This document shows, in pieces, positions 28,080 to 36,637 of a stretch of 64,000 bases of DNA. Both the position numbers and the translations under genes were made by a program. This stretch comes from Candidatus Shapirobacteria bacterium (lineage in GTDB: Bacteria > Patescibacteriota > Microgenomatia > UBA12405): NCBI GenBank assembly GCA_041665485.1, contig JBAYIT010000003.1:67146-131145 (forward strand), in the 5' to 3' direction. Numbering within the stretch: the first letter of the stretch is position 1; each line of letters opens with the position of its first letter. The notes beneath the pieces are model-generated. The model did no database searches, was not told the origin of the DNA, and worked only from the letters and a program-made list of their open reading frames with translations.

Positions 28080-28789
28080 TTATCTCTATTTTTAACCACT
28101 ATTACCGTTAATATTAAAAAGACTGCCATAAAAGACAAGAAAAACAGCAAGTTGTTAAGCTCAATTAGTCCTCCTCCCATTTTTCCGGCTCTAAAACCTA
28201 AACTTAATCCTGCCACCATTTCCCGCCACTGGCCGTCAATTCTTGACAACAGCATCTCCTGAGAAAAAAGATTATTAATCAATAGAGTCAATGTGGTTAA
28301 TATAAAAGCCACCACCGGTTGTGACGTCAGGCTAGACATAAACAAACCCAGCGCCAAATATCCCCAGGCCAATAAAATTGTTGTCAACCATTGGGAAATC
28401 ATCGGCCCATAATCCGGCCGGCCCAAGAAATAAACCGTTAGCACTGCCGGTATTAACATCGTCATAACCGAAGCCAAATAAACCGCCACTCCCACAAATT
28501 TTCCCACCACCATTTGCCATTCGTTAATCGGGCTGGTCAGCAACACTTCCCATGTTCCTGATCTTTTCTCTTCAGACAGTAGCCCCATTGCCACTGCCGG
28601 CACAAAAATAGACAGTAAAAATGCCATGGTAGTAAATAGTGGCCCGGCGTCAGCCTGTCCCAAAATAAACAAATCGTTAAAAAATAGCCAATTAGCAATT
28701 ATTAGCAATAAACCGGCAAAAATGTACCCGGTGGGGCTACCCCACCACCCCCGCCATTCTTTAATTGCAATCGCTTTAATGATTCTCAT
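28076..28789 (-). CDS. GldF-like ABC-2 permease
   Basis: SPTGYI, EEKRSGTWEVLLTSP, VVGKF, SSLT. Confidence 0.9.
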   Translation of the reverse strand: MRIIKAIAIKEWRGWWGSPTGYIFAGLLLIIANWLFFNDLFILGQADAGPLFTTMAFLLSIFVPAVAMGLLSEEKRSGTWEVLLTSPINEWQMVVGKFVGVAVYLASVMTMLIPAVLTVYFLGRPDYGPMISQWLTTILLAWGYLALGLFMSSLTSQPVVAFILTTLTLLINNLFSQEMLLSRIDGQWREMVAGLSLGFRAGKMGGGLIELNNLLFFLSFMAVFLILTVIVVKNRDK

Positions 28790-28974
28790 TTTAAAATTTA
28801 AAATTTAGAATTAAAAATTTTCTTTTATTGCTATCGCTTTAACTATTTTCATATTTAGAAATTAGAAATTAGAAATTAGAAATTGGAAATTTCTTTCGCA
28901 ATTGCTTTTATTATCTTCATTTTATTTGGAAATTAGAAATTAGAAATTGGAAATTTCTTTTTGGACTTTTTGGA
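28790..28974 (-). repeat. two abortive copies of the permease N-terminus interleaved with heptamer repeats
   Basis: MKIIKAIAKEISNF* (28920-28876) and MKIVKAIAIKENF* (28852-28811) versus MRIIKAIAIKEW; TTAGAAA tandem repeats. Confidence 0.8.
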
Positions 28975-29661
28975 CTAATTAGTAAGTTCTACGAACCTTT
29001 TCTCAAGATTCCGGATTTTTTTAGTTTCCTCATCCAGCACAATCCTGCCCTGACTAATTATCACTATCCTGTCGCAAATTTCCCTGGCTTCAGTCAGAAT
29101 ATGAGTCGACAAAATTACCGCCTTATTTTTGGCTATTTTTTTAATTAGCTGTCTGATTTCTATAATTTGGTTCGGGTCTAGTCCGGTTGTTGGTTCATCC
29201 AAAACCATCAGTTTAGGGCTACCCAAAATTGCCCCCGCCACTCCTACCCTTTGTTTAAATCCCCGCGACAGAGTATCTATTTTCTGGCCAGTTACCTCTG
29301 TCAGTCCGCACTCACTTATCACTTTCAACACTTCGGCCTCAATTTTAGCAATCCCCTTAATTTGAGCCATAAATTCCAAATACTCCCTCGTTTTCATTTG
29401 GCCGTATAGCGGGTTATTCTCCGGCAAATACCCAAGATTTCTTTTGTATTCCACTCCTCTTGTGTCAGCCTTCTCTCCCTTCCAGGCAACTTCTCCCTCG
29501 CTGGCTCGGTAAAAGCCGGTAATTATCCTCATTAAAGTTGTTTTCCCTGCACCATTTGGGCCAAGAAGTCCCACTACTCCCGTCCTTCCAATCTCCAAAT
29601 CCACCCCATCCAAAGCAATCTTTTCTCCAAATTTTTTGGTTATTTTTCTCAACTCCAACAT
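28975..29661 (-). CDS. GldA-like ABC transporter ATP-binding protein
   Basis: GPNGAGKTT, GYLPE, LSRGFKQRVG, LDEPTTGLDPNQ, STH. Confidence 0.92.
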   Translation of the reverse strand: MLELRKITKKFGEKIALDGVDLEIGRTGVVGLLGPNGAGKTTLMRIITGFYRASEGEVAWKGEKADTRGVEYKRNLGYLPENNPLYGQMKTREYLEFMAQIKGIAKIEAEVLKVISECGLTEVTGQKIDTLSRGFKQRVGVAGAILGSPKLMVLDEPTTGLDPNQIIEIRQLIKKIAKNKAVILSTHILTEAREICDRIVIISQGRIVLDEETKKIRNLEKRFVELTN

Positions 29662-29695
29662 CTTGTCCTAGTATCTAACATCTGGCATCTAAGAT

Positions 29696-30559
29696 CTAGT
29701 AACTAATTTTTTCTTGCCAGTGATGATCTACTTTTACCTCAAGATCCAAGAAAATCTTCCTCCCCGACATTATCTCCAATTCCTTTCTGGCGTCATGGCC
29801 AATTTGTTTAATCTTTCTTCCCTCCCGTCCGATTATCATTTTTTTATACCTGGTGGCATTGGTCAGGATATTAGCCCTCACATAAATCAACTTTCTCTTG
29901 TCTTTGACCTCCAGCACCTCGACGTCAGTTGAATAGGGGAGCTCTTCTCTCAGGCAAAGATAAACCTTCTCTCTAATAATTTCGCTAATATACAGGTTCG
30001 ACCCCATTGCCATTTGTGGCCCATTCTTCCTCTCTATCTCTTCATTTGATTCTGGCAACAGTTCAAAAATTATGTTAACCAATCCCTTCACAAATTTATC
30101 CCTAATCGAGCTCACTTCAATTGATTTATCAAATTCGTCTTCCCAATATAAATATTCGTTTCGATGGTCTTTACTCCCCACTGCCTTATCCATTTTATTA
30201 AACACTAGAATTTTCTTGGCCTCCGCTTTTCTGGCCAGGGCTAGTGTTTTATTATCTTCTTCGTTTTTTGGTCGGGAAATGTCCACCAGCGCCACCACTA
30301 TCTCTGCTCCCTTAATTGACTTCGGCGCAATTGTATTAATTTTTTTACCCATTAGATCGTCAACTTTACCCATAACCCCCGGAGTATCTGTCAGTCTAAA
30401 CCAGCCTCGGTCATCCTCGTAAAGAGTTGTTGTCATCCGCCTGGTTGTTTGGGGTAGGGGAGAGGTAATCGCCACCTTTTGATTCATCATGGTGTTAATC
30501 AAGGTTGATTTCCCCGTATTGGGTCTGCCGATTACTACCACTGTCCCGCCTTTTTTCAT
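29696..30559 (-). CDS. era: GTPase Era
   Basis: GRPNTGKST, PQTTR, DTPG, NKMD, EELPY, IIGREG KH domain. Confidence 0.95.
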   Translation of the reverse strand: MKKGGTVVVIGRPNTGKSTLINTMMNQKVAITSPLPQTTRRMTTTLYEDDRGWFRLTDTPGVMGKVDDLMGKKINTIAPKSIKGAEIVVALVDISRPKNEEDNKTLALARKAEAKKILVFNKMDKAVGSKDHRNEYLYWEDEFDKSIEVSSIRDKFVKGLVNIIFELLPESNEEIERKNGPQMAMGSNLYISEIIREKVYLCLREELPYSTDVEVLEVKDKRKLIYVRANILTNATRYKKMIIGREGRKIKQIGHDARKELEIMSGRKIFLDLEVKVDHHWQEKISY

Positions 30560-30632
30560 TACTCCTATTGTACCCCCTTTTCTTTCTAGGATCTAAGATC
30601 TAATATCTAGGATCCAATTATTCGTTTATCCG

Positions 30633-30667
30633 TTGACAACTTAGCAATGCCAATGTTAGACTGCTAA
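30633..30667 (+). promoter_or_regulatory. lon promoter overlapped by a CIRCE (HrcA) operator
   Basis: TTGACA 30633-38, TAGACT 30657-62; TTAGCAATG-N9-GACTGCTAA at 30641-30667 versus consensus TTAGCACTC-N9-GAGTGCTAA. Confidence 0.8.
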
Positions 30668-30669
30668 CA

Positions 30670-33060
30670 ATGCCTGAAAACATACCTCTCTCTAATCAAA
30701 CGACCACTCTCGAGCCGGTCCGCAAGGTTTTACCTCTCATCCCGCTACGCAATGTTGTCCTTTTTCCTTCTGTGGAAACTTCCCTATTTTTTGGTCGTAA
30801 AGAGTCAACCAACGCTCTTCTTCACGCCTACGATCACACCAATCGTCTGGTTATTATCACTGCCCAAAAACAGTTCAAAACCGAAAAGCCGGCTCTGGCT
30901 GATCTTTACACTGTCGGTGTTTTGGCTAAAATTCAACACATTCTTCAGAGCGACGGCAATCTTCACGCCATTGTCCGTGGCCTTTCCCGAGTCAATATTG
31001 TCAATCTAACCTCTTCCGAAGATCGATTAATGGCCGAGTTTGTTGATTTACCTATCATCCCCGAGTCGGCCACCGATGTTCAGCAGGCCGCCGAGGCCCT
31101 CTTGAGTCAGCTCAAAAAAGCTTTTGCCTCCGGCCGGCAATTCGACCTTCCGGCTATGTTGCAGTTAAGTACTGGTATCAGTAGTAGCGATCTAGCCGAC
31201 CAAATCGGTTTCGCTGTCGAGGCTAAAGTTGCCGAAAAACAGGATCTTTTAGAAACTCTCATGGTCAGCCAGAGGCTGACTAAAGCCACTGAATTGCTTA
31301 TTGGTGAGATGAAAACCAACGAGCTCGAACGCTCAATCGAGCAGAAAACTCAGGAGAAGTTCAACAAACACATGCGTCGCAACATTCTTGAAGAGCGCAA
31401 ACATCAAATCGAAAAAGAGCTCCGTAAACTTGGCACCAAAACCAGAAAAGACGACGACGATTTTTCCGATCTTCGCCGTAAAATAAAAAAGATCGATCTT
31501 CCCGAAACTATTCGCAAGAAGCTTCAAAAAGAGCTTCATCGTCTTGAAGATATGGGCCCCATGGCTCCCGAGTCAAGTTATATCCGCACTTATTTGGAAA
31601 CCGTCACCGATCTTCCCTGGGGCAAATACGCCAAAAACCACGTCACTATTTCTCAAGCTAGCGGTATTTTGGAAGAGGATCATTATGGCCTAAAAGATGT
31701 TAAAAACCGCATTCTTGAATATCTTTCTGTCCTCAAACTTAAATCAAAAAATAAAGACACCACCAGCGCCACCAGCAATATCCTCTGTTTTATTGGCCCT
31801 CCCGGTGTTGGTAAAACCTCCCTTGGTCGTTCCATTGCCCGGGCTCTTGGTCGTGATTTTGTTCGCGCCTCCCTAGGTGGTATCCGCGATGAAGCCGAAA
31901 TTCGTGGTCATCGTCGGACTTATGTTGGCGCCATGCCCGGCCGAATTGTTAAGGGCCTCAAAGACGCCGGTAGTTTTAATCCGGTCTTTATGCTCGATGA
32001 AGTCGACAAAATTGGTGCCGATTTTAGGGGCGATCCATCTTCGGCTCTCCTAGAAACCCTCGATCCCGAGCAAAATCGTGAATTCTCCGATCATTACCTC
32101 GATTTCCCCATCGACCTTTCTCGGGTTTTCTTCATCCTCACCGGCAACGACATTAGCACCATTCCCTACGCCCTCAGGGATCGCTTGGAAATCATTAGTT
32201 TCTCCGGCTACACTCCCGAAGAAAAGCTCCATATTGCCCAAAAATATCTTATTAGCAAACAACTCAAATCCAATGGCCTTGTTGCCGGCAATATCACTCC
32301 CATTACTGCTAATACCCTCAAATATCTTATCGATAAATACACCCGCGAAGCCGGCGTCCGCAATCTCGAAAGAACTATTGCTAGTCTTTTTCGCAAAGTT
32401 GCCAGAAAAATTGTTTCCAAAAAAACCAACAAGGTCGACCTAAACGATCTGGCTCTTATTCGCAAAATGTTGGGCCCGGAGAAATTTCAAAGCCAGCTTA
32501 AGGGTAAAAAAGATGATGTTGGTGTTTCTACTGGTTTGGCTTGGACTAGTGTTGGTGGCGACATTCTCTTTATTGAAGTCAATATTATGCCGGGAAAAGG
32601 CCAGTTAATTCTTACTGGCAAGCTTGGCTCGGTCATGAAAGAATCCTGTCAGGCCGCTCTTTCTTATGTCCGAAGCCAGTCCAAAGAGTTTGGGATCAAA
32701 CAGGATTTTCACAAAATTGATATTCATATTCATGTCCCCGAAGGCGCCACTCCAAAAGATGGGCCTAGTGCTGGCGGCGCCATCACCACTGCCCTTATTT
32801 CTGCCCTAAAAAATCAACCTATTCCTCGCCATGTTGGTATGACCGGCGAAATCACTCTTCGTGGCAACATTCTCGAAATTGGCGGTTTAAAAGAAAAGTC
32901 TCTGGCCGCCCATCGTGCCGGTTTAACCACTATCTTTATTCCCAAAGACAACAAAAAATCCCTTGTCGACGTTCCTCTTGAAGTCAAAAAAGCTCTCAAA
33001 TTTATCCCCGTCGACCACTATTCCCAAATCTACCGCCACCTTTTTGCTCTAAATTCGTAG
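30670..33060 (+). CDS. lon: ATP-dependent protease La
   Basis: LPLIPLRNVVLFP, DHYGL, GPPGVGKTS, GHRRTYVGAMPG, PKDGPSAG, GGLKEK. Confidence 0.98.
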   Translation: MPENIPLSNQTTTLEPVRKVLPLIPLRNVVLFPSVETSLFFGRKESTNALLHAYDHTNRLVIITAQKQFKTEKPALADLYTVGVLAKIQHILQSDGNLHAIVRGLSRVNIVNLTSSEDRLMAEFVDLPIIPESATDVQQAAEALLSQLKKAFASGRQFDLPAMLQLSTGISSSDLADQIGFAVEAKVAEKQDLLETLMVSQRLTKATELLIGEMKTNELERSIEQKTQEKFNKHMRRNILEERKHQIEKELRKLGTKTRKDDDDFSDLRRKIKKIDLPETIRKKLQKELHRLEDMGPMAPESSYIRTYLETVTDLPWGKYAKNHVTISQASGILEEDHYGLKDVKNRILEYLSVLKLKSKNKDTTSATSNILCFIGPPGVGKTSLGRSIARALGRDFVRASLGGIRDEAEIRGHRRTYVGAMPGRIVKGLKDAGSFNPVFMLDEVDKIGADFRGDPSSALLETLDPEQNREFSDHYLDFPIDLSRVFFILTGNDISTIPYALRDRLEIISFSGYTPEEKLHIAQKYLISKQLKSNGLVAGNITPITANTLKYLIDKYTREAGVRNLERTIASLFRKVARKIVSKKTNKVDLNDLALIRKMLGPEKFQSQLKGKKDDVGVSTGLAWTSVGGDILFIEVNIMPGKGQLILTGKLGSVMKESCQAALSYVRSQSKEFGIKQDFHKIDIHIHVPEGATPKDGPSAGGAITTALISALKNQPIPRHVGMTGEITLRGNILEIGGLKEKSLAAHRAGLTTIFIPKDNKKSLVDVPLEVKKALKFIPVDHYSQIYRHLFALNS

Positions 33061-33099
33061 ATTCGTAAATTCTAGATTCCTGTTCTCATATCCCATAAC

Positions 33100-33207
33100 T
33101 TGATCTATATACATATTTAATATATAATTTCGCCAATCTTTTCCCACCTAAAAACATTGGCGTTTTAACCGTGGTTAAGGAGGTTCTTTAACAATCGACC
33201 GCATTGG
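33100..33207 (+). promoter_or_regulatory. promoter, hairpins, boxA-like antitermination motif and left arm of long-range inverted repeat
   Basis: TTGATC 33100-05 / TATAAT 33123-28 (17 nt); hairpin TTAACC-GT-GGTTAA; GTTCTTTAACAA 33183-94; ATCGACCGCATTGG 33194-33207. Confidence 0.65.
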
Positions 33208-33399
33208 TTTTATATTATTTTGGTTATTGGTTATTGGAATTTGGTTATTTCCGTTGGAAGGACTCTTTTAAATCCACTACTTCAAACTTTTTGGACTTTC
33301 TAACTTTCAAACTTTTTGGACTAAATAGTGGCTTTACATGAGCCCTTCCAACAATTCGGTTGGTAAGGTACCTAGGCCTGCTCGGCCAGGAGGTGCGCC

Positions 33400-34581
33400 A
33401 TGAAGCGCAAGTTCTCTCTTCCGTTGTTCGGGTTGTTCTTGGCCGCCCTATTGTTTTTGGGCATCGCATCGACTGCCGAAGTTTTGGCAGATTCGCCAAT
33501 CGTTAGCACCAGTTCCTGGTGTTCGAGTGATGGGACACCCATCGTCTCACTGCAAGCCGTCAACACCTTTTCTGGTCCGATCTGGACAGGTATGGGCGCG
33601 GGCGACTTCTTCCCGATGATTGTCGGCTACGATGGCCCGAGTTCGATTTACGGTGGCTATGTTTTCCCTGGCTACGCGAGTTCCATTTGGGGCACACCCA
33701 AAACCGTATTTTTGTCGCGCAACATGAACTACTGGTTCGACCTCTTTGAAGGGGATTACAACACTGGTCCAGGCCGTGTTATCACCTACACAGACGGTTG
33801 GACGCCTGCATGTGGTAGCTCCATCACCCAGACTGCACCAGCGACTATCACTCTCGGCGAAGTTATCACCTACGAGCTCGAGACGGCGCATCAGTTCCGT
33901 CTCCCGTATATGTCAGTCGAAACTACTGTTCCCGAGAATATGGACTTCATTGGTATCGGTACGATCACCCCACCCAACTCTCGATGTGCGAGGGGTGCCG
34001 CAGGTGGCTATGATTCCAAGACACGGATTCTCCGTGTTGGTACCGGTACCGGAATCTGCGCCGGTGACAGTCTCAAAGTCACCTACATGCTGAAGCCCAA
34101 AACGGCAGGGACGTCTGTCATCACTGCTTGCATTAGCCCTTCCAAGAGCCAGTGTGTGAACACTACGACGACAGTGGTAGATACCGAACCGATCTGCGAC
34201 TTGCCATTGAACACAACGTGGCAGGACGCCTTGGCCGTGACCAACGGTGGAGTCTATACCACCAGCCTGCCCGGGCAACTGGGTCTCGACGGTGTTTGGT
34301 ATAGCCTCGTGCTGACACGGACGTCCGATCTAAGCATCCTCGTCGAGGACCTGAGCGGTGGCGCGAGTGGGGACATTGCTTTTTACGACCGGCAGGGTTT
34401 GCCCGTATCTCGGCTGTCGACAACATCGACCGATGATGCGGCACTTCTCTGGCCGGGTCTGCCTAAGGGTGAGTATTGGGTGAAAGTTTCCCAACACAAT
34501 CCCGAGATCTGTCCTCGTGTCCGGGTGACCATCGGCTGGGTCAATTGGAGAGCGACCTTTCTCCCCCTGATCCAGCGCTAA
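33400..34581 (+). CDS. GC-rich secreted protein (DUF11-like and PPC-like Ig folds, C-terminal FLPLIQR motif)
   Basis: AGGAGG SD; signal peptide; SITQTAPATITLGEVITYELE DUF11-like; LPKGEYWVKV PPC-like; spot GC counts 33/60 and 37/60. Confidence 0.8.
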   Translation: MKRKFSLPLFGLFLAALLFLGIASTAEVLADSPIVSTSSWCSSDGTPIVSLQAVNTFSGPIWTGMGAGDFFPMIVGYDGPSSIYGGYVFPGYASSIWGTPKTVFLSRNMNYWFDLFEGDYNTGPGRVITYTDGWTPACGSSITQTAPATITLGEVITYELETAHQFRLPYMSVETTVPENMDFIGIGTITPPNSRCARGAAGGYDSKTRILRVGTGTGICAGDSLKVTYMLKPKTAGTSVITACISPSKSQCVNTTTTVVDTEPICDLPLNTTWQDALAVTNGGVYTTSLPGQLGLDGVWYSLVLTRTSDLSILVEDLSGGASGDIAFYDRQGLPVSRLSTTSTDDAALLWPGLPKGEYWVKVSQHNPEICPRVRVTIGWVNWRATFLPLIQR

Positions 34582-34587
34582 ACCTAG

Positions 34588-34680
34588 CGACTCGGTTTCT
34601 TACCTGTTGTTTTAGGTAAGAGATCGAGTCCCCCTAGGGGGACTCACCAACACCAACCAACAAGCTCCAATGCGGTCGAT
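34588..34680 (+). other. structured 3' trailer with right arm of the inverted repeat
   Basis: GACTCGG..TCTTACCT/AGGTAAGA..TCGAGTC hairpin, palindrome GAGTCCCCCTAGGGGGACTC, CCAATGCGGTCGAT 34667-34680. Confidence 0.7.
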
Positions 34681-34735
34681 CTCTCAAAATTTTGTCTTTA
34701 ACTTTTTGGACTTTCTACTTTTTGGACTTTTTGGA

Positions 34736-36406
34736 CTACATCCTCTCCACCACCTCAATCCCCAGCAACCCAAGTCCTTTCTTAATCGTCTGCGCTGTTT
34801 TTTGGGTTAGCCACAAGCGCCATTCTTCCTCCGGTTCGCCAATTATCCTATATTTATTATAAAACTCGTTGTATTTTCGAGCCAAGGCCAGAAGATATTC
34901 CGCCACCACCGATGGCGCCAGCCTCTCTCCCGCCTCAACTATCTTTTCCGGAAACTTCCCCAACTCCCTCACCACCCCCATTTCCTCTGCTTTTATATTT
35001 TCCAAATTCTTAGTTCTTAGCTCTGTGTTCTTAGTTCTAGATTTAGCGAGCAAGCTTGCGCAGCGAGCGTAGGTATATTGCAGGTACGGCCCCGAATCGC
35101 CATTCAAACTCATAATCTTGTCCCAATCAAAAATCACATCCTTTTTTGGGTCAGAAGATAGATCACTAAATTTCACCGCTCCGATTGCCACTGCTTTAAT
35201 CATTGCCTCTTTCTCTTCGGCCCCCATCTCTTTTGAAATTTTTGACGTTTCAGCAATCTCTCTGGCCGCTTTAATGGCGTTATCAATCACATCCGAAAGA
35301 TGGATAGTATCGCCTTTTCTGGTAGAAAATTTCCCAGTCGCCCAGCGAATCAGCCCGTGTCCAAGGTGATAAAACCCCTTTGATGGTTCCCAGCCCATTA
35401 ATTTCGCCGCCGCAAACACTTGCTTAAAATGCAAATTTTGTTCTGAGCCAACTTCGTAAACAATTAAATCCGGCTTCCAGGTTTCCATTCTATATTTAAT
35501 CGTTGCCAAATCACGGGTAAAGTAGGTCGTCGCATCGTCTGTTTTCAAAAGCATCGCCGGTGGCAAATCATCAAACTCAACGATCAAGGCTCCTTGGCTC
35601 TCGGAGGCCAACCCCCTCTTTTTGAATTCTTCCACAATCTCCTGCCACATCGACGAATAAAAAGCCTCGCCCAGAGCATAATCAATTTTTACTCCAAGCA
35701 TTTCATATACTCGGTTAAATTCTGCCAAAGATATGTCCACACATTTTTGCCAAATCTCTCCTGCTTCTTTATCTTTTTTCTCCAACTTGGCAAACCACTC
35801 TCGCCCCTCATCTTTTAATTTCTCGTCTTTTTCCGCTTCCTCGTGAAATCTAACATATAGTTTTTCTAGGTCCGCAATTGCCATCTCTTCCACTGGTTTG
35901 TCACCCCAATGTTTAATAGCACAAATCATTTTGCCAAACTGCGTTCCCCAATCGCCCAGGTGGTTGTCGCCAATGCATTTCCACCCCAAAGTTTGGTAAA
36001 TGTTATAAATTGCTTGGCCGATGTTGGTTGATCTTAGGTGGCCAATTCCAAACGGCTTGGCAATATTAGGAGCACTATAGTCAATCACCATTGTTTTCCC
36101 TTTACCTGTTTGGGGAATTTCTTGCTTTTCTGCACTTTCAATCAAATACTCCGGTTTTAAATAAAAATTAATATATCCCCCAACCACTTCAATTTTTTCT
36201 ATCACACCATCCGAAGCCTTGGCGAAGGATTGGTCTAGTTTTTCTTTTATTTCATTAGCAATTTCGACAGGGGATTTCTTTAATTCTTTGGCTAGTGTCA
36301 TTGCCACATTAGTGGTGTAATCGCCAAAATTCTCATTAGTTGTTCTGGTAACCTCCGCCTCATGTCCGGCTTGTTCTAATGCTTCTTTAATATATTTTAC
36401 TGCCAT
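34736..36406 (-). CDS. argS: arginine--tRNA ligase
   Basis: GDYTTN, DYSAPNIAKPFGIGHLRST, GDWGTQFG, KFSTRKG, GPYLQYTYAR, ends ERM. Confidence 0.97.
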   Translation of the reverse strand: MAVKYIKEALEQAGHEAEVTRTTNENFGDYTTNVAMTLAKELKKSPVEIANEIKEKLDQSFAKASDGVIEKIEVVGGYINFYLKPEYLIESAEKQEIPQTGKGKTMVIDYSAPNIAKPFGIGHLRSTNIGQAIYNIYQTLGWKCIGDNHLGDWGTQFGKMICAIKHWGDKPVEEMAIADLEKLYVRFHEEAEKDEKLKDEGREWFAKLEKKDKEAGEIWQKCVDISLAEFNRVYEMLGVKIDYALGEAFYSSMWQEIVEEFKKRGLASESQGALIVEFDDLPPAMLLKTDDATTYFTRDLATIKYRMETWKPDLIVYEVGSEQNLHFKQVFAAAKLMGWEPSKGFYHLGHGLIRWATGKFSTRKGDTIHLSDVIDNAIKAAREIAETSKISKEMGAEEKEAMIKAVAIGAVKFSDLSSDPKKDVIFDWDKIMSLNGDSGPYLQYTYARCASLLAKSRTKNTELRTKNLENIKAEEMGVVRELGKFPEKIVEAGERLAPSVVAEYLLALARKYNEFYNKYRIIGEPEEEWRLWLTQKTAQTIKKGLGLLGIEVVERM

Positions 36407-36432
36407 GGCTAATTCTACCAAAACTACTTAGT

Positions 36433-36618
36433 TTATTCTCTGACTTGTGGCATCTCGGTCATAGCCATTAGTTCAATTTCTCGATAGTCAGTTTCTCCAG
36501 TAAGTGCCGGATTTCTGCCAACGATATTCACACCATCGGGATCAGTGTCACAAATAACAGCCATTGTGTACGGATTTCTTTCCTCTAATCTTTTCAAAAT
36601 TAATTCTCCCTGAGTCAT
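36433..36618 (-). CDS. hypothetical small protein
   Basis: 61 aa ORF exactly filling the gap. Confidence 0.45.
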   Translation of the reverse strand: MTQGELILKRLEERNPYTMAVICDTDPDGVNIVGRNPALTGETDYREIELMAMTEMPQVRE

Positions 36619-36637
36619 CCGTGCGATAATATCACAA

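Noticed and set aside
28790-28974. Possible CRISPR array or DGR template/variable repeat
   Set aside because: Units are 7-mers plus gene-start copies, differences are not adenine-specific, and no reverse transcriptase is present
26076-29661. Gliding motility from GldA/F/G-like genes
   Set aside because: These are widespread ABC-2 exporters; no T9SS or other gld genes are present
33245-34444. Several antisense and alternate-frame ORFs in the GC-rich gene
   Set aside because: Expected shadow ORFs of high-GC coding DNA; no motifs
33194-34680. Inverted repeats as IS/transposon ends
   Set aside because: No transposase, no flanking target duplication seen, and the left arm abuts a boxA-like motif inside a transcribed leader; kept only as an alternative
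36037-36060. ArgRS inactive because HIGH reads GIGH
   Set aside because: All other motifs and the full length are intact; first-position variation in HIGH occurs in ArgRS
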